From Hydrogenovibrio sp. UBA654 (GTDB taxonomy: Bacteria > Pseudomonadota > Gammaproteobacteria > Thiomicrospirales > Thiomicrospiraceae): 47,136 nt of DNA. A program made the position numbers and the translations under genes. The stretch's first letter is position 1. Each line of letters opens with the position of its first letter. Of this stretch, positions 11,222 through 21,426 are shown piece by piece. Location: assembly GCA_002299585.1 (NCBI GenBank), contig DBOE01000088.1, forward strand, positions 1 to 47,136, in the 5' to 3' direction. The notes beneath the pieces are model-generated. The model saw nothing but the letters and a program-made list of their open reading frames with translations. It did no database searches and was not told the origin of the DNA.

Positions 11222-14200
11222 TTAAATAACTATTTCAGGTTGCCAGCCAGCTTGTTTTAAGCTATCAAGCAACTCATCATCTGGAAAATATCTATAGCCT
11301 TTTGTACTTTTAAGCTGTGCTTTTGCTTGAGAATTTTGGAAATCAACCACTAATAGTAGACCTTCATCTGACCTAAACGGCAAAATTAAATTTTGTAGTT
11401 CATGTATTTTAGACACTTCTGCATATTGGTGGGAAAATATTTTTATTGCTCTAGACTTTTCTAGTCGATAATCTGCCAAACTAACTACTTGTTCGGCATC
11501 TAATTTTATACCACCATTAAAAGTATCTTCAGCTACCTCTCCATAAAATAACACTAGTTTATCAACAGTAATTATCTCGCGAGTAGCTTCAAATACAGCC
11601 GGTTTTAAAATAACATTTAAACGAAATGTTTTATCATCTATAGTTACAAATCCCATCTTCTTACCAGATTTAGTAACTTTGCTTCTTGATTCTACAACCA
11701 GACCAGCTACCCATTTTTTTTGCCATTTTTCTGGTATTAGCTCAATAAGTTTATTATCTACTAATTTAGCTAACTCTAACTCATAATCATCAATAGGATG
11801 CCCAGTTAAATATAAACCTAATGCTTCTTTTTCTTTTTTTAATTTTATTTTTTTAGGCATTTCTGTAATATCAATTAATTTATTGGCATTTTCATCTTCA
11901 AAAACTTCAGCATCACCAAACAAATCATGTTGCCCTACCTCAGCATCTTTATGTTTTTGTTCAGCTTTTTGCAAAGCTAGCCCAACACTAGCAACCATCG
12001 CATTACGATTATCATGTAATTTATCAAATGCCCCGCCCAAAATTAAGGCTTCTAATACGCGTTTGTTTACTTTTCTGGTTACTCGCATACAAAAATCAAA
12101 TAGATCTTTATAATCACCATTGGCATTGCGTTCAGAAATTACATTTTCCAGTGCCGCTTCGCCAGCTCCTTTAATCGCTCCCAGTCCGTAAATAAGAGTA
12201 GCTTCTCCTTTTATAGGTTTAAACTGAATTTGACCTTGGTTAATGTCTGGAACTTTAACCTTTAAACCCATGAAATAACATTCATTAATCATATGCACAA
12301 CTTTATCGGTATTATCCATATCCGATGAAACTTGAGATGCCATAAATTCAGCCGGATAATGGGTTTTTAACCAAGCTGATTGATAAGAAACCAAAGCATA
12401 AGCCGCAGAGTGAGACTTGTTAAAACCATAACCGGCAAATTTTTCAACCAAATCAAATATTTTCATGGCTAACTTGCCATCAATATTGTTATTTATTGCC
12501 CCAGATTGAAAAATTGAGCGTTGTTTTGCCATTTCTTCAGGTTTTTTCTTACCCATAGCTCGGCGCAACATATCTGCTTCACCTAGTGTATAACCAGAAA
12601 GTATCTGAGCTATTTGCATTACTTGTTCTTGATAAAGAATTACTCCATAGGTTGGCTCTAGTATTTCTTTTAAAGAATCATGTTGATATTGGGCATCAGG
12701 ATAAGAAACTTTTTCGCGTCCATGCTTACGAGCAATAAAGTTATCAACCATTCCTGACTCTAATGGACCAGGTCTAAATAAAGCAACCAAGGCTATAATA
12801 TCTTCAAAACAATCCGGTTTTAAACGCACGATTAAGCTTTGCATTCCTGAAGATTCCAATTGGAAAATACCTGTAGTTTTACCAGTTTTAATTAAATCAA
12901 ATACTGCATTATCTACTAGTGGAATGCTTTCAATCTCTATAAAATTAGCATCACCTTTCTTTTTATTCATATTGATTGACTGTAAAGTCCAGTCAATAAT
13001 GGTTAAAGTTCTTAAACCTAAAAAATCAAACTTAACTAAGCCTATAGTTTCTACATCATTTTTATCAAGTTGAGTAATAATACCAGAGCCATCAGGCTCG
13101 CATAATACTGGACAAAACTTATCTAAAGGCTTAGGAGAAATTACTACCCCCCCCGCATGTTTACCAGTATTTCTAACTGTGCCTTCAAGTCGAAGAGATA
13201 GGTCTAATAATGTGCGAATTTCATCATCATTATCATACTTTTCTTGAAGCATTTGTTCCTGCTCAATAGCCCCTTTTAACTTAATACCCAAATCATTAGG
13301 TATCAATTTTGCTATGCTATCAACTAAACCATAACCTAAGCCTAAAACTCTACCGACATCTCTTACTACTGCTTTGGCTGCCATAGTCCCAAAGGTAACT
13401 ATTTGCGACACATAGTCTTTACCGTATTGGCGTGATACATAGTCAATAACTTCATCGCGTCTTTCCATACAAAAATCTATATCAAAGTCAGGCATAGAGA
13501 GCCTTTCAGGATTTAGGAATCGTTCAAATAATAGGTCATATTCAAGCGGATCTAAATCAGTAATTTCAAGTACATAAGCGACTAAAGAACCAGCTCCTGA
13601 GCCACGACCAGGTCCTACTGGAATTATTTGATTTTTTGCCCATTGTATAAAATCAGCAACTATAAAAAAATAACCAGAAAATCCCATTTGAATAATAATA
13701 TCTAGTTCAAATTTAAGCCTTTTATCATACTTAATACGATTTTTGGAAAATTCATCCGCTGATAAATTACCAAACAAAAAACTCAACCTTTTATTAAGTC
13801 CTTCATTCGACATTTTAATAAAATATTGAGCTTCTGTTAAACCATCAGGTATAGGAAATTTTGGTAAAAAATACTTACCTAGAGTTAAATCAAGATTACA
13901 TCTTTTAGCTATCTCAATGCTGTTAGTAATTGCTTCAGGCAGGTCTGAAAATAGCTCAACCATCTCTTCACTAGAACGAAAATACTGCTCCTCTGAGTAG
14001 TTTTTGGGGCGATTTGGATCATCTATAATATAACCATCATGAATACAAACTCGAACTTCATGAGCATCAAAATCATCAGCTGTTTTAAATCTAATATCAT
14101 TAGTTGCCACAATCGGTAGGTCATATTCACTAGCTAGAATTATTGCTCCAGCAATATACTTTTCTTCATTATCCCTGCCAGTTCTAATTAGCTCTAAATA

Positions 14201-14698
14201 AAATCTATTTGGAAAATAATTAATCCACCACTGAACTCTACTATCCGCTAATTTTGATTTTTTTTCTAGAATTGCCTGCCCAATATCTCCTCGCCTACCT
14301 CCTGAAAGAACAATCAGACCAGAATTTTTTTCTGCCAACCATTCTTGTTTAATTAATGCCTTATTTTTGCTATTAACTATTTGTTGATTTTGTAAAAATG
14401 CTTTAGATATTAAATACGATAAATTTAAATATCCTTGCTTATTTTGACACAGACAAACCACTTTAAATACTTCTCCAGCAGAAGATTCAATATTTATTTC
14501 TGCGCCAACAATAGGTTTAATCCCCGCATCCATAGCTGCTGTATAAAACTTTATCAAAGCAAATAAATTCATTTGATCAACCACGGCAATAGCTGGTTGG
14601 CGTAGCTCAGAAGCAAGAGAAACTAATTCTTTTATACCCAGAGTGGAATCGATTATTGAGTATTCAGAATGAATATGTAAATGGATAAATTTGGACAT
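11222..14698 (-). CDS. dnaE: DNA polymerase III alpha subunit
   Basis: PHP domain (FIHLHIHSEYS), GPGRGSGAGS, MPDFDIDF, KFDFLGL, FNKSHSAAY; no intein apparent. Confidence 0.98.
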   Translation of the reverse strand: MSKFIHLHIHSEYSIIDSTLGIKELVSLASELRQPAIAVVDQMNLFALIKFYTAAMDAGIKPIVGAEINIESSAGEVFKVVCLCQNKQGYLNLSYLISKAFLQNQQIVNSKNKALIKQEWLAEKNSGLIVLSGGRRGDIGQAILEKKSKLADSRVQWWINYFPNRFYLELIRTGRDNEEKYIAGAIILASEYDLPIVATNDIRFKTADDFDAHEVRVCIHDGYIIDDPNRPKNYSEEQYFRSSEEMVELFSDLPEAITNSIEIAKRCNLDLTLGKYFLPKFPIPDGLTEAQYFIKMSNEGLNKRLSFLFGNLSADEFSKNRIKYDKRLKFELDIIIQMGFSGYFFIVADFIQWAKNQIIPVGPGRGSGAGSLVAYVLEITDLDPLEYDLLFERFLNPERLSMPDFDIDFCMERRDEVIDYVSRQYGKDYVSQIVTFGTMAAKAVVRDVGRVLGLGYGLVDSIAKLIPNDLGIKLKGAIEQEQMLQEKYDNDDEIRTLLDLSLRLEGTVRNTGKHAGGVVISPKPLDKFCPVLCEPDGSGIITQLDKNDVETIGLVKFDFLGLRTLTIIDWTLQSINMNKKKGDANFIEIESIPLVDNAVFDLIKTGKTTGIFQLESSGMQSLIVRLKPDCFEDIIALVALFRPGPLESGMVDNFIARKHGREKVSYPDAQYQHDSLKEILEPTYGVILYQEQVMQIAQILSGYTLGEADMLRRAMGKKKPEEMAKQRSIFQSGAINNNIDGKLAMKIFDLVEKFAGYGFNKSHSAAYALVSYQSAWLKTHYPAEFMASQVSSDMDNTDKVVHMINECYFMGLKVKVPDINQGQIQFKPIKGEATLIYGLGAIKGAGEAALENVISERNANGDYKDLFDFCMRVTRKVNKRVLEALILGGAFDKLHDNRNAMVASVGLALQKAEQKHKDAEVGQHDLFGDAEVFEDENANKLIDITEMPKKIKLKKEKEALGLYLTGHPIDDYELELAKLVDNKLIELIPEKWQKKWVAGLVVESRSKVTKSGKKMGFVTIDDKTFRLNVILKPAVFEATREIITVDKLVLFYGEVAEDTFNGGIKLDAEQVVSLADYRLEKSRAIKIFSHQYAEVSKIHELQNLILPFRSDEGLLLVVDFQNSQAKAQLKSTKGYRYFPDDELLDSLKQAGWQPEIVI

Positions 14699-14778
14699 GT
14701 ATTATCTAAAGCTCTCATTTTTTATTAAAAAATTAGGATAAAATATTTTAACTTATATTAAATAACTAAATTTACCTA

Positions 14779-15498
14779 ATGGACAATATGAATACATTAC
14801 TAGAACCTTTTTGGTTAGATAATAAAAAAATTACTTTTCCGCCGACAAATATCGCCATGACAGAACCAAATGGTTTGCTTGCCGTAGGGGGGGGGGTAAC
14901 TACTCAATGGCTATTAGAAGCTTATTCGAAAGGTATTTTTCCTTGGTATAATCATAAAGAGCCTATTTTATGGTGGACACCAAACCCTAGGTCAGTTTTA
15001 TTACTCAAAAACTTAAAAATCAGCAAAAGCTTAGCAAAGACTATTAAGCAAAAAAAATTTACCATAACTTTTGATACTAAATTTAGCGAAGTAATTAATA
15101 ACTGTGCAACAATAAATCGTCCAGAACAGGAAGGAACTTGGATAATTAAAGAAATGCTTAACGCATATAACAAACTTCATCAACAAGACCATGCTCACTG
15201 CGTTGAAGTTTGGCAAGAAAATGAATTAGTTGGTGGCTTATATGGAGTGGCAATAGGTAAAGTATTTTTTGGAGAATCAATGTTTTCTAAAGTAAGTAAC
15301 TCTTCAAAAGTAGCACTTGTAGCTTTAGCGGAACATTTAAAAAAATGGGGCTTTAGAATAATTGATACTCAAATAGAATCCCCCCATTTAAATTCATTAG
15401 GAGCAAGCCTAATTAACCGAGAAGACTTTGAGGAAATTTTAAAAAAAGATATAAAACAACATTTCCCCCCTAAAAAATGGCAGTACATAAAAAACTAA
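14779..15498 (+). CDS. aat: Leucyl/phenylalanyl-tRNA--protein transferase
   Basis: EPNGLLAVGG, AY..GIFPW, ILWWTPNPR, FFGESMFS, IDTQ. Confidence 0.96.
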   Translation: MDNMNTLLEPFWLDNKKITFPPTNIAMTEPNGLLAVGGGVTTQWLLEAYSKGIFPWYNHKEPILWWTPNPRSVLLLKNLKISKSLAKTIKQKKFTITFDTKFSEVINNCATINRPEQEGTWIIKEMLNAYNKLHQQDHAHCVEVWQENELVGGLYGVAIGKVFFGESMFSKVSNSSKVALVALAEHLKKWGFRIIDTQIESPHLNSLGASLINREDFEEILKKDIKQHFPPKKWQYIKN

Positions 15499-15500
15499 TT

Positions 15501-15533
15501 TAACCCTACTAAAACAGGACATTACTACCTTGG
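15501..15533 (+). repeat. Orphan IS-end remnant (IS1202-like)
   Basis: 29/33 identity to the reverse complement of 45681-45713, including an exact 20-mer CTAAAACAGGACATTACTAC. Confidence 0.6.
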
Positions 15534-15554
15534 AAGAGCCGAACTAAATATAAA

Positions 15555-15583
15555 TTGCATACTACTATCTCTACTGGTATAAT
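15555..15583 (+). promoter_or_regulatory. Sigma70 promoter of infA
   Basis: TTGCAT-17 bp-TATAAT with an extended -10 TG. Confidence 0.7.
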
Positions 15584-15629
15584 TCTCGCTTCTTTTTTAT
15601 AGGGCTTAATTAAGCTAGTAATTTATTAT

Positions 15630-15848
15630 ATGTCAAAAGCAGATGTTATCGAATTTGATGGCGAGGTTTTAGAAACCTTACCAAACACTACATTTAAGGT
15701 TCGTTTAGAAAATGGGCACGAAATACTAGCTCATATTTCTGGGCGCATGCGTAAAAACTATATCCGCATTCTTGCTGGGGACAATGTTAAGGTTGAGTTA
15801 ACTCCTTACGACTTGACTAAAGGGCGTATTACCTACCGAGGTAAATAA
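15630..15848 (+). CDS. infA: Translation initiation factor IF-1
   Basis: [31 protein letters not shown]...[13 protein letters not shown]. Confidence 0.99.
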   Translation: MSKADVIEFDGEVLETLPNTTFKVRLENGHEILAHISGRMRKNYIRILAGDNVKVELTPYDLTKGRITYRGK

Positions 15849-16448
15849 TTAAGCTCTTTTCATTAGCTGAGCTGAAAATATAGACAAAATACAGTAGCCC
15901 AAAAAGAAATAAAACCCTTCCCCAAATTCTGCTTTAGTCTGTATTAACTCTGAAGATGTATTAGATGCATTTGCTCCTAAAAAACTTATTACTAAAGCTA
16001 TTACAAATACATCAGCCATTGACCATTTGCTTAGCCCATTAGCTAATTTAGCTACTTTCCCATCTTTATTTTCTATTATAAAAACTCCTGAAATAACTAA
16101 TAAACCTCCCTTAACAACAGGGATAATTACACTAAAAACTATAATTAATACTGCAACTAATAAATTACCGTCTTGCCACAAAATCTCTGCTGTACCTAAA
16201 ATACTATTACTAGTTTTCTGAATAACTTCTGTGCCACTAATATGAATAGAATCTATAAAGCCAGAAACTAGTTGCATCATAAAAGGTGGGATATCTCCAC
16301 TGGTCAATAGTGAATCTTTGCTTATTTCAGCTAGTATGGACTTATCTAAAGTACTAGTAACATAAATTATCGGTAGACTTAACCCTGGAACAAGTAATAA
16401 ATAAGCTACTATTAATAGCAATGCTCCAATCTTAGTTTTAAGTGCCAT
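15849..16448 (-). CDS. PqiA-family (paraquat-inducible A) membrane protein, single domain
   Basis: SILG..ILW, FSVIIPVVK, LSKWSMADVFVIA, GEGFYFF motifs; likely ATG at 16448. Confidence 0.8.
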   Translation of the reverse strand: MALKTKIGALLLIVAYLLLVPGLSLPIIYVTSTLDKSILAEISKDSLLTSGDIPPFMMQLVSGFIDSIHISGTEVIQKTSNSILGTAEILWQDGNLLVAVLIIVFSVIIPVVKGGLLVISGVFIIENKDGKVAKLANGLSKWSMADVFVIALVISFLGANASNTSSELIQTKAEFGEGFYFFLGYCILSIFSAQLMKRA

Positions 16449-16465
16449 TATTTTATCCTTAAATA

Positions 16466-18709
16466 CTAGCAAACTACTTCTTTTACTAGCAATTTAATTT
16501 TATTATTTACTAGGTCAATAACTACCTTGCCGCCATCTTGTAAGTCACCAAATAACAACTTATCCGCAAGAGGCTTTTTAATCTCATTTTGAATTAATCT
16601 TGCCATAGGTCTAGCCCCCATTAAAGGGTCATAACCTTTTACTGCTAACCAGTCATGGGCGGCAGTTGTTAACTTTATTGTTACTTTTTTATCTGCTAGG
16701 CTAGCTTCTAAAGCAAAAACAAATTTATTAACTACTGAGTGCATTACCTCTTGTGAAAGACGATCAAACTGTACTACTGCATCAAGCCTATTTCTAAACT
16801 CTGGAGTAAATACTTTTTTCAATTCACCATCTTGGTCTAAACTGTGATCTTGTAGCATAAAGCCCATTGTGCTCCTAGCCACTTGGCTGGCGCCTACATT
16901 AGAGGTCATAATCAAAATTACATTTCTAAAATCAGCTTTGCGTCCATTATTATCGGTTAAAGTACCATTGTCCATTACTTGTAATAATATATTAAATACA
17001 TCTGGATGAGCTTTTTCTATTTCATCAAGCAGCACAACTGAGTAAGGATGCTTGTTTACTGATTCTGTTAGTAGACCACCTTGGTCAAAACCTACATAAC
17101 CCGGGGGGGCTCCAATCAACCTTGAAACTGAATGTGCTTCCATATACTCTGACATATCCAAACGAGTCATTTCTACACCAAGATGCTTAGCAAGTTGCTT
17201 AGCCAGCTCTGTTTTACCAACACCAGTTGGCCCTGAAAATAAAAAAGTTCCTGTAGGCTTGCTTGGTTCATTTAAACCTGAACGAGCTAATTTAATCGCT
17301 TCTACAACTTGGCGAATGGCTTCATTTTGCCCAAATACAACTCTTTGCAAAGAATCTTCTAAATTTAATAATTTATCACGTTCTTTCTTAGTTATTTGAG
17401 AAATAGGAATACGAGCAAGATTAGCAACTATCTGCTGAATTTCATTAACTGAAATTTGTTTACGGCGCTTATTTTTTGGGGCTAATGCTTGTTTCGCTCC
17501 TGCTTCATCTATTACATCAATAGCTTTATCTGGTAAAAATCTATTATTTATATATCTTGCCGATAAATCTACTGCTTGTTTTAATGCTGGTAGAGTATAT
17601 TTAACCTTATGATGTTCTTCAAACTTAGACTTTAGCCCTTTCAAAATCTCAATGGTTTCTTGATTAGTCGGCTCACCAACATCTACTTTTTGGAAACGCC
17701 TTGCTAAGGCTCTATCTTTTTCAAAAATACCCCTAAACTCTTCATAGGTTGTAGCACCAACACACCTTAGTTTACCAGATGATAAAGCAGGTTTCATTAA
17801 GTTTGAAGCATCCATAGCCCCACCCTGTACAGCCCCTGCTCCAATGATTGTATGAATCTCATCAATGAACAAAATAGCATTATCTTTGTTTTCTAGGGCT
17901 TTTAATAGCGATTTAAACCGCTTTTCAAAATCACCACGATATCTTGTTCCAGCAAGCAATGCTCCCATATCTAAGCTATAAACAATAGAACTTTTTAATA
18001 ATTCAGGAATATTATTATTTACAATTTTATATGCAAGACCCTCTGCTACTGCAGTTTTACCAACCCCCGGCTCACCTACTAGTAATGGGTTGTTTTTCCT
18101 GCGCCTTGCTAATATTTCTAAGGTACGAGTTAGCTCCCACTCTCTTCCTATAATAGGATCTATCTCTCCTTTTTTTACCATTTCATTTAAATTTGTACTG
18201 TATTTTTCCAATGCCGTTTCAGCTTTCTCTTGGCTAGCATTTACTTCTTCATTAGTTTTTCGCTGATTTAAAAAATCCTCTTGCTGATGAGCAACTACTC
18301 CATGAGAAATATAGCTCAGAACATCAACTCTTTGTATACCTATATCTTCCAATAAATAAACCGCGTGAGAATCTTGTTCAGAATAAATAGATGCTAGTGC
18401 ATGCAGGCTCGTAACTTCAGCGTAACTATTTGACTGCACAAGATAAATCGCCCTCTCAATTACTCTTTGGAACGCCATAGTAGGCAATAATTCTTCTGCT
18501 TTAACTACAGAGCTTTCTCCCTCTAGATAACGCTCTAAATCTGCTTCAATTTTTTTTACCGAAACACCACATGCTTCAATAACGTCAATGACTGTAGGTA
18601 AGGCTAATAACTCTAACAATAAATGCTCAAGAGTTACATACTCGTGCTCATACTCACTAGCAAGACTAAAAGCATTACTTAAGGTTAATTGTAATTCTTT
18701 ACTTAACAT
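16466..18709 (-). CDS. clpA: ATP-dependent Clp protease ATPase subunit ClpA
   Basis: Two AAA+ modules (GEPGVGKT, GPTGVGKT), no ClpB M-domain; follows clpS. Confidence 0.97.
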   Translation of the reverse strand: MLSKELQLTLSNAFSLASEYEHEYVTLEHLLLELLALPTVIDVIEACGVSVKKIEADLERYLEGESSVVKAEELLPTMAFQRVIERAIYLVQSNSYAEVTSLHALASIYSEQDSHAVYLLEDIGIQRVDVLSYISHGVVAHQQEDFLNQRKTNEEVNASQEKAETALEKYSTNLNEMVKKGEIDPIIGREWELTRTLEILARRRKNNPLLVGEPGVGKTAVAEGLAYKIVNNNIPELLKSSIVYSLDMGALLAGTRYRGDFEKRFKSLLKALENKDNAILFIDEIHTIIGAGAVQGGAMDASNLMKPALSSGKLRCVGATTYEEFRGIFEKDRALARRFQKVDVGEPTNQETIEILKGLKSKFEEHHKVKYTLPALKQAVDLSARYINNRFLPDKAIDVIDEAGAKQALAPKNKRRKQISVNEIQQIVANLARIPISQITKKERDKLLNLEDSLQRVVFGQNEAIRQVVEAIKLARSGLNEPSKPTGTFLFSGPTGVGKTELAKQLAKHLGVEMTRLDMSEYMEAHSVSRLIGAPPGYVGFDQGGLLTESVNKHPYSVVLLDEIEKAHPDVFNILLQVMDNGTLTDNNGRKADFRNVILIMTSNVGASQVARSTMGFMLQDHSLDQDGELKKVFTPEFRNRLDAVVQFDRLSQEVMHSVVNKFVFALEASLADKKVTIKLTTAAHDWLAVKGYDPLMGARPMARLIQNEIKKPLADKLLFGDLQDGGKVVIDLVNNKIKLLVKEVVC

Positions 18710-19023
18710 TAAACCATCTCCGTTTGAGATTGCAATGGATGTTGATTATCACGGGAAAATTTATTTATCTGCATCACTTTCATTTCAGCTATCTCCTTAC
18801 TATAAATACCACATGCTGCTTTTCCTTTCTCATGCACTAACATCATAACACTCTCTGCTGACGCAAGATCCATTCCAAAAAAACGCGACAATACTTCAAT
18901 GACAAAATTCATTGGGGTAAAATCATCATTTAGCAATACAACCTGATACCTTCTAGGCGGTTTAACTCTTGTTTTAACTACTTCTAGTACTAAATTTTCA
19001 TCTTCAAAAGGCAAGTTTGCCAT
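18709..19023 (-). CDS. clpS: Clp protease adaptor ClpS
   Basis: YQVVLLNDDFTPMNFV, VHEKGKAACG, QHPL. Confidence 0.97.
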   Translation of the reverse strand: MANLPFEDENLVLEVVKTRVKPPRRYQVVLLNDDFTPMNFVIEVLSRFFGMDLASAESVMMLVHEKGKAACGIYSKEIAEMKVMQINKFSRDNQHPLQSQTEMV

Positions 19024-19100
19024 TGATTTGTTGCCTTATTAAACACATTAACTAATATTATGCCAATAGATTATAGCTAAAAGCAATCTCCAGCCTAGCT

Positions 19101-20489
19101 TTACTTAAACCCTCTAGGAGGTAACATTCCGCCCATTCCTGGCATATTATTACCCATTCCAGCCATTCCTCGCAGCATCCCTTTCATCCCACCTTTAGAT
19201 ACTTTTTTCATCATTTTTTGCATCTGGGTAAACTGTTTCATCAATTTATTGATGTCTTGTACTCTTGTGCCAGATCCTGTAGCTATGCGTTTTTTCCTTG
19301 AGCCTTTTATAATAGCAGGATGAGCTCTTTCTTGTTTAGTCATTGAATGAATTATAGCTTCTAGGCGTTTAAACTCTTTTGCTACGACCTCGTCATTTAT
19401 TTTATCTTTCATTTGCGACATACCCGGAACTTTACCCATTAGCCCTCCTATACCACCCATATTATTTATTTGTTGTAATTGTTCTAAAAAATCTTCTAGG
19501 TCAAATTTACCTGTTTTTTGAATTTTTTTGGCAAATTTTTGAGCTTTTTTATGGTCAATTTTACTTTCTACATCCTCAATTAGAGACAATACATCTCCCA
19601 TACCAAAAATTCTGCTAGCCATTCTGTCTGGATGAAAGGCTTCAAGGGCTTCTAATTTTTCGCCAACACCAATAAATTTAATAGGTTTACCAGTTATTTC
19701 ACGAATAGATAATGCGGCTCCTCCACGAGCATCACCATCAGTTTTAGTTAGTATTACGCCAGTTAAAGGTAGGGCTTCATTAAATGCTTTCGCCGTATTA
19801 GCTGCATCTTGACCGGTCATAGAGTCAACAACAAACAGGGTTTCTATTGGCTTAACCGCACTATGCAGTTTTTTGATTTCTCCCATCATCTGTTCATCTA
19901 CATGCATACGACCTGCGGTATCTAAAATTAAGACATCAATAAATTGTTTTCTAGCTTCTTTGTGTGCTTTTTTGGCAATTTTAACTGGGCTTTCATTAGC
20001 CGATGATGGAAAGAAAACTGCCCCTACTTGGTTGGCTACTGTTTCTAGTTGTTTTATTGCCGCTGGTCGATAAACATCCACCGAAACTACCATTACTTTT
20101 TTCTTTTCTTTTTCTTGTAGGTATTTAGCTAATTTAGCTACTGAGGTGGTTTTACCAGCACCTTGTAAACCTGCCAACATTATTATAGCTGGAGGTTCTA
20201 CATTAAACTTTAATGGCTCTACTTGTTGACCCATTACTTCACTTAACTGCTCTCGAACTATTTTTATAAATGCTTGACCTGGGTTTAGACTAGTTGAAAC
20301 TTCTTTGCCAATTGCTCTTTGCTGTACTTTATCTATAAAAGGTTTTATTACAGGCAGAGCAACATCAGCTTCTAACAATGAGCGTCTTACATCACGAATT
20401 GCATCTTTTATATTTTCTTCTGTTAAGCGACCTTGCCCTATTATGTTTTTAAAAGATTTAGACAAGCGTTCCGATAAATTATCAAACAT
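19101..20489 (-). CDS. ffh: Signal recognition particle protein Ffh
   Basis: GLQGAGKTT, DTAGR, TKTDGDARGGAALS, Met-rich M domain. Confidence 0.98.
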   Translation of the reverse strand: MFDNLSERLSKSFKNIIGQGRLTEENIKDAIRDVRRSLLEADVALPVIKPFIDKVQQRAIGKEVSTSLNPGQAFIKIVREQLSEVMGQQVEPLKFNVEPPAIIMLAGLQGAGKTTSVAKLAKYLQEKEKKKVMVVSVDVYRPAAIKQLETVANQVGAVFFPSSANESPVKIAKKAHKEARKQFIDVLILDTAGRMHVDEQMMGEIKKLHSAVKPIETLFVVDSMTGQDAANTAKAFNEALPLTGVILTKTDGDARGGAALSIREITGKPIKFIGVGEKLEALEAFHPDRMASRIFGMGDVLSLIEDVESKIDHKKAQKFAKKIQKTGKFDLEDFLEQLQQINNMGGIGGLMGKVPGMSQMKDKINDEVVAKEFKRLEAIIHSMTKQERAHPAIIKGSRKKRIATGSGTRVQDINKLMKQFTQMQKMMKKVSKGGMKGMLRGMAGMGNNMPGMGGMLPPRGFK

Positions 20490-20583
20490 AGTATTTCCGT
20501 TATAGTTATTTAAATGTCTACTTTATATTTATAATTAGACTTTCTCCATTATAATAACATCTTAAACTACTAGGAATGACTAA

Positions 20584-21381
20584 ATGTTAATTGGTACTGT
20601 GGCAGCGATTGTATCTAGCTTGTTATATTTTTATATTTCATATATTTTATGGAATAAACTAGCTTCAACAAACTCTGCTTCTATTGCTTGGTCTAGAAGC
20701 CGTTTTCTTTGGTATGTGATTATAGCAGCAACACTACAGCTTGTTTCTTTCTCTGGTTTTCTAGTTAACACGCAGTTTATTAATTTGGATTTAAGTATTG
20801 TTCTTTCTTTAATAACTTGGCTGTCCGTTATTACTTTATTAACCACAAATTTAAAACAATCTACTGAAAACTTAGGTATTTTTATTTTTCCTTTCGCTGG
20901 CTTGACGACTATTTTAATTTTTTTACCCTCTGAAACTGAGATAATAACTATTGAATTAGCTAGCCATGTACTATTGTCTATTGGAGCTTATAGCATCATG
21001 GGCTTGGCGAGTGCTCAAGCTATTTTATATTCGGTACAAGAAAAGAAATTTCGCCAAAAAAAACTAACTACTTTATTTAAAAGCTTGCCCCCCTTGCAAG
21101 TCATGGAATCTATAATGATTCAGTTTTTAGCGATTGGCTTTATTTTACTAACTCTTTCTTTAATAACTGGCTTTATTTTTCTTGAAGATATGTTTGCTCA
21201 ACACCTAGTACATAAAACTTTTTTTGCTATTTTATCTTGGCTCGTTTACGGCATTTTTTTAACAGGACACTATAAGTTTGGCTGGCGAGGGCAAATTGCT
21301 ACTAAATTCACTATTTGGGCTTATTTTTTGTTGGTTATAAGTTACATTGGCACACAAATAATTTTAATGTATATAATATAA
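20584..21381 (+). CDS. ypjD: YpjD / CcsA-family inner membrane protein
   Basis: LPPLQVME, HLVHKT, GWRG motifs; divergent from ffh. Confidence 0.85.
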   Translation: MLIGTVAAIVSSLLYFYISYILWNKLASTNSASIAWSRSRFLWYVIIAATLQLVSFSGFLVNTQFINLDLSIVLSLITWLSVITLLTTNLKQSTENLGIFIFPFAGLTTILIFLPSETEIITIELASHVLLSIGAYSIMGLASAQAILYSVQEKKFRQKKLTTLFKSLPPLQVMESIMIQFLAIGFILLTLSLITGFIFLEDMFAQHLVHKTFFAILSWLVYGIFLTGHYKFGWRGQIATKFTIWAYFLLVISYIGTQIILMYII

Positions 21382-21426
21382 AAAAAGTATATAATCATTT
21401 TTCGATTAACTATTAAATAAATTATC

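Noticed and set aside
11222-14698. Intein or split dnaE
   Set aside because: The 1158-aa length is normal and the motifs are contiguous.
19101-19200. Low-complexity Gly/Met repeats at the Ffh C-terminus
   Set aside because: This is a normal feature of Ffh tails.
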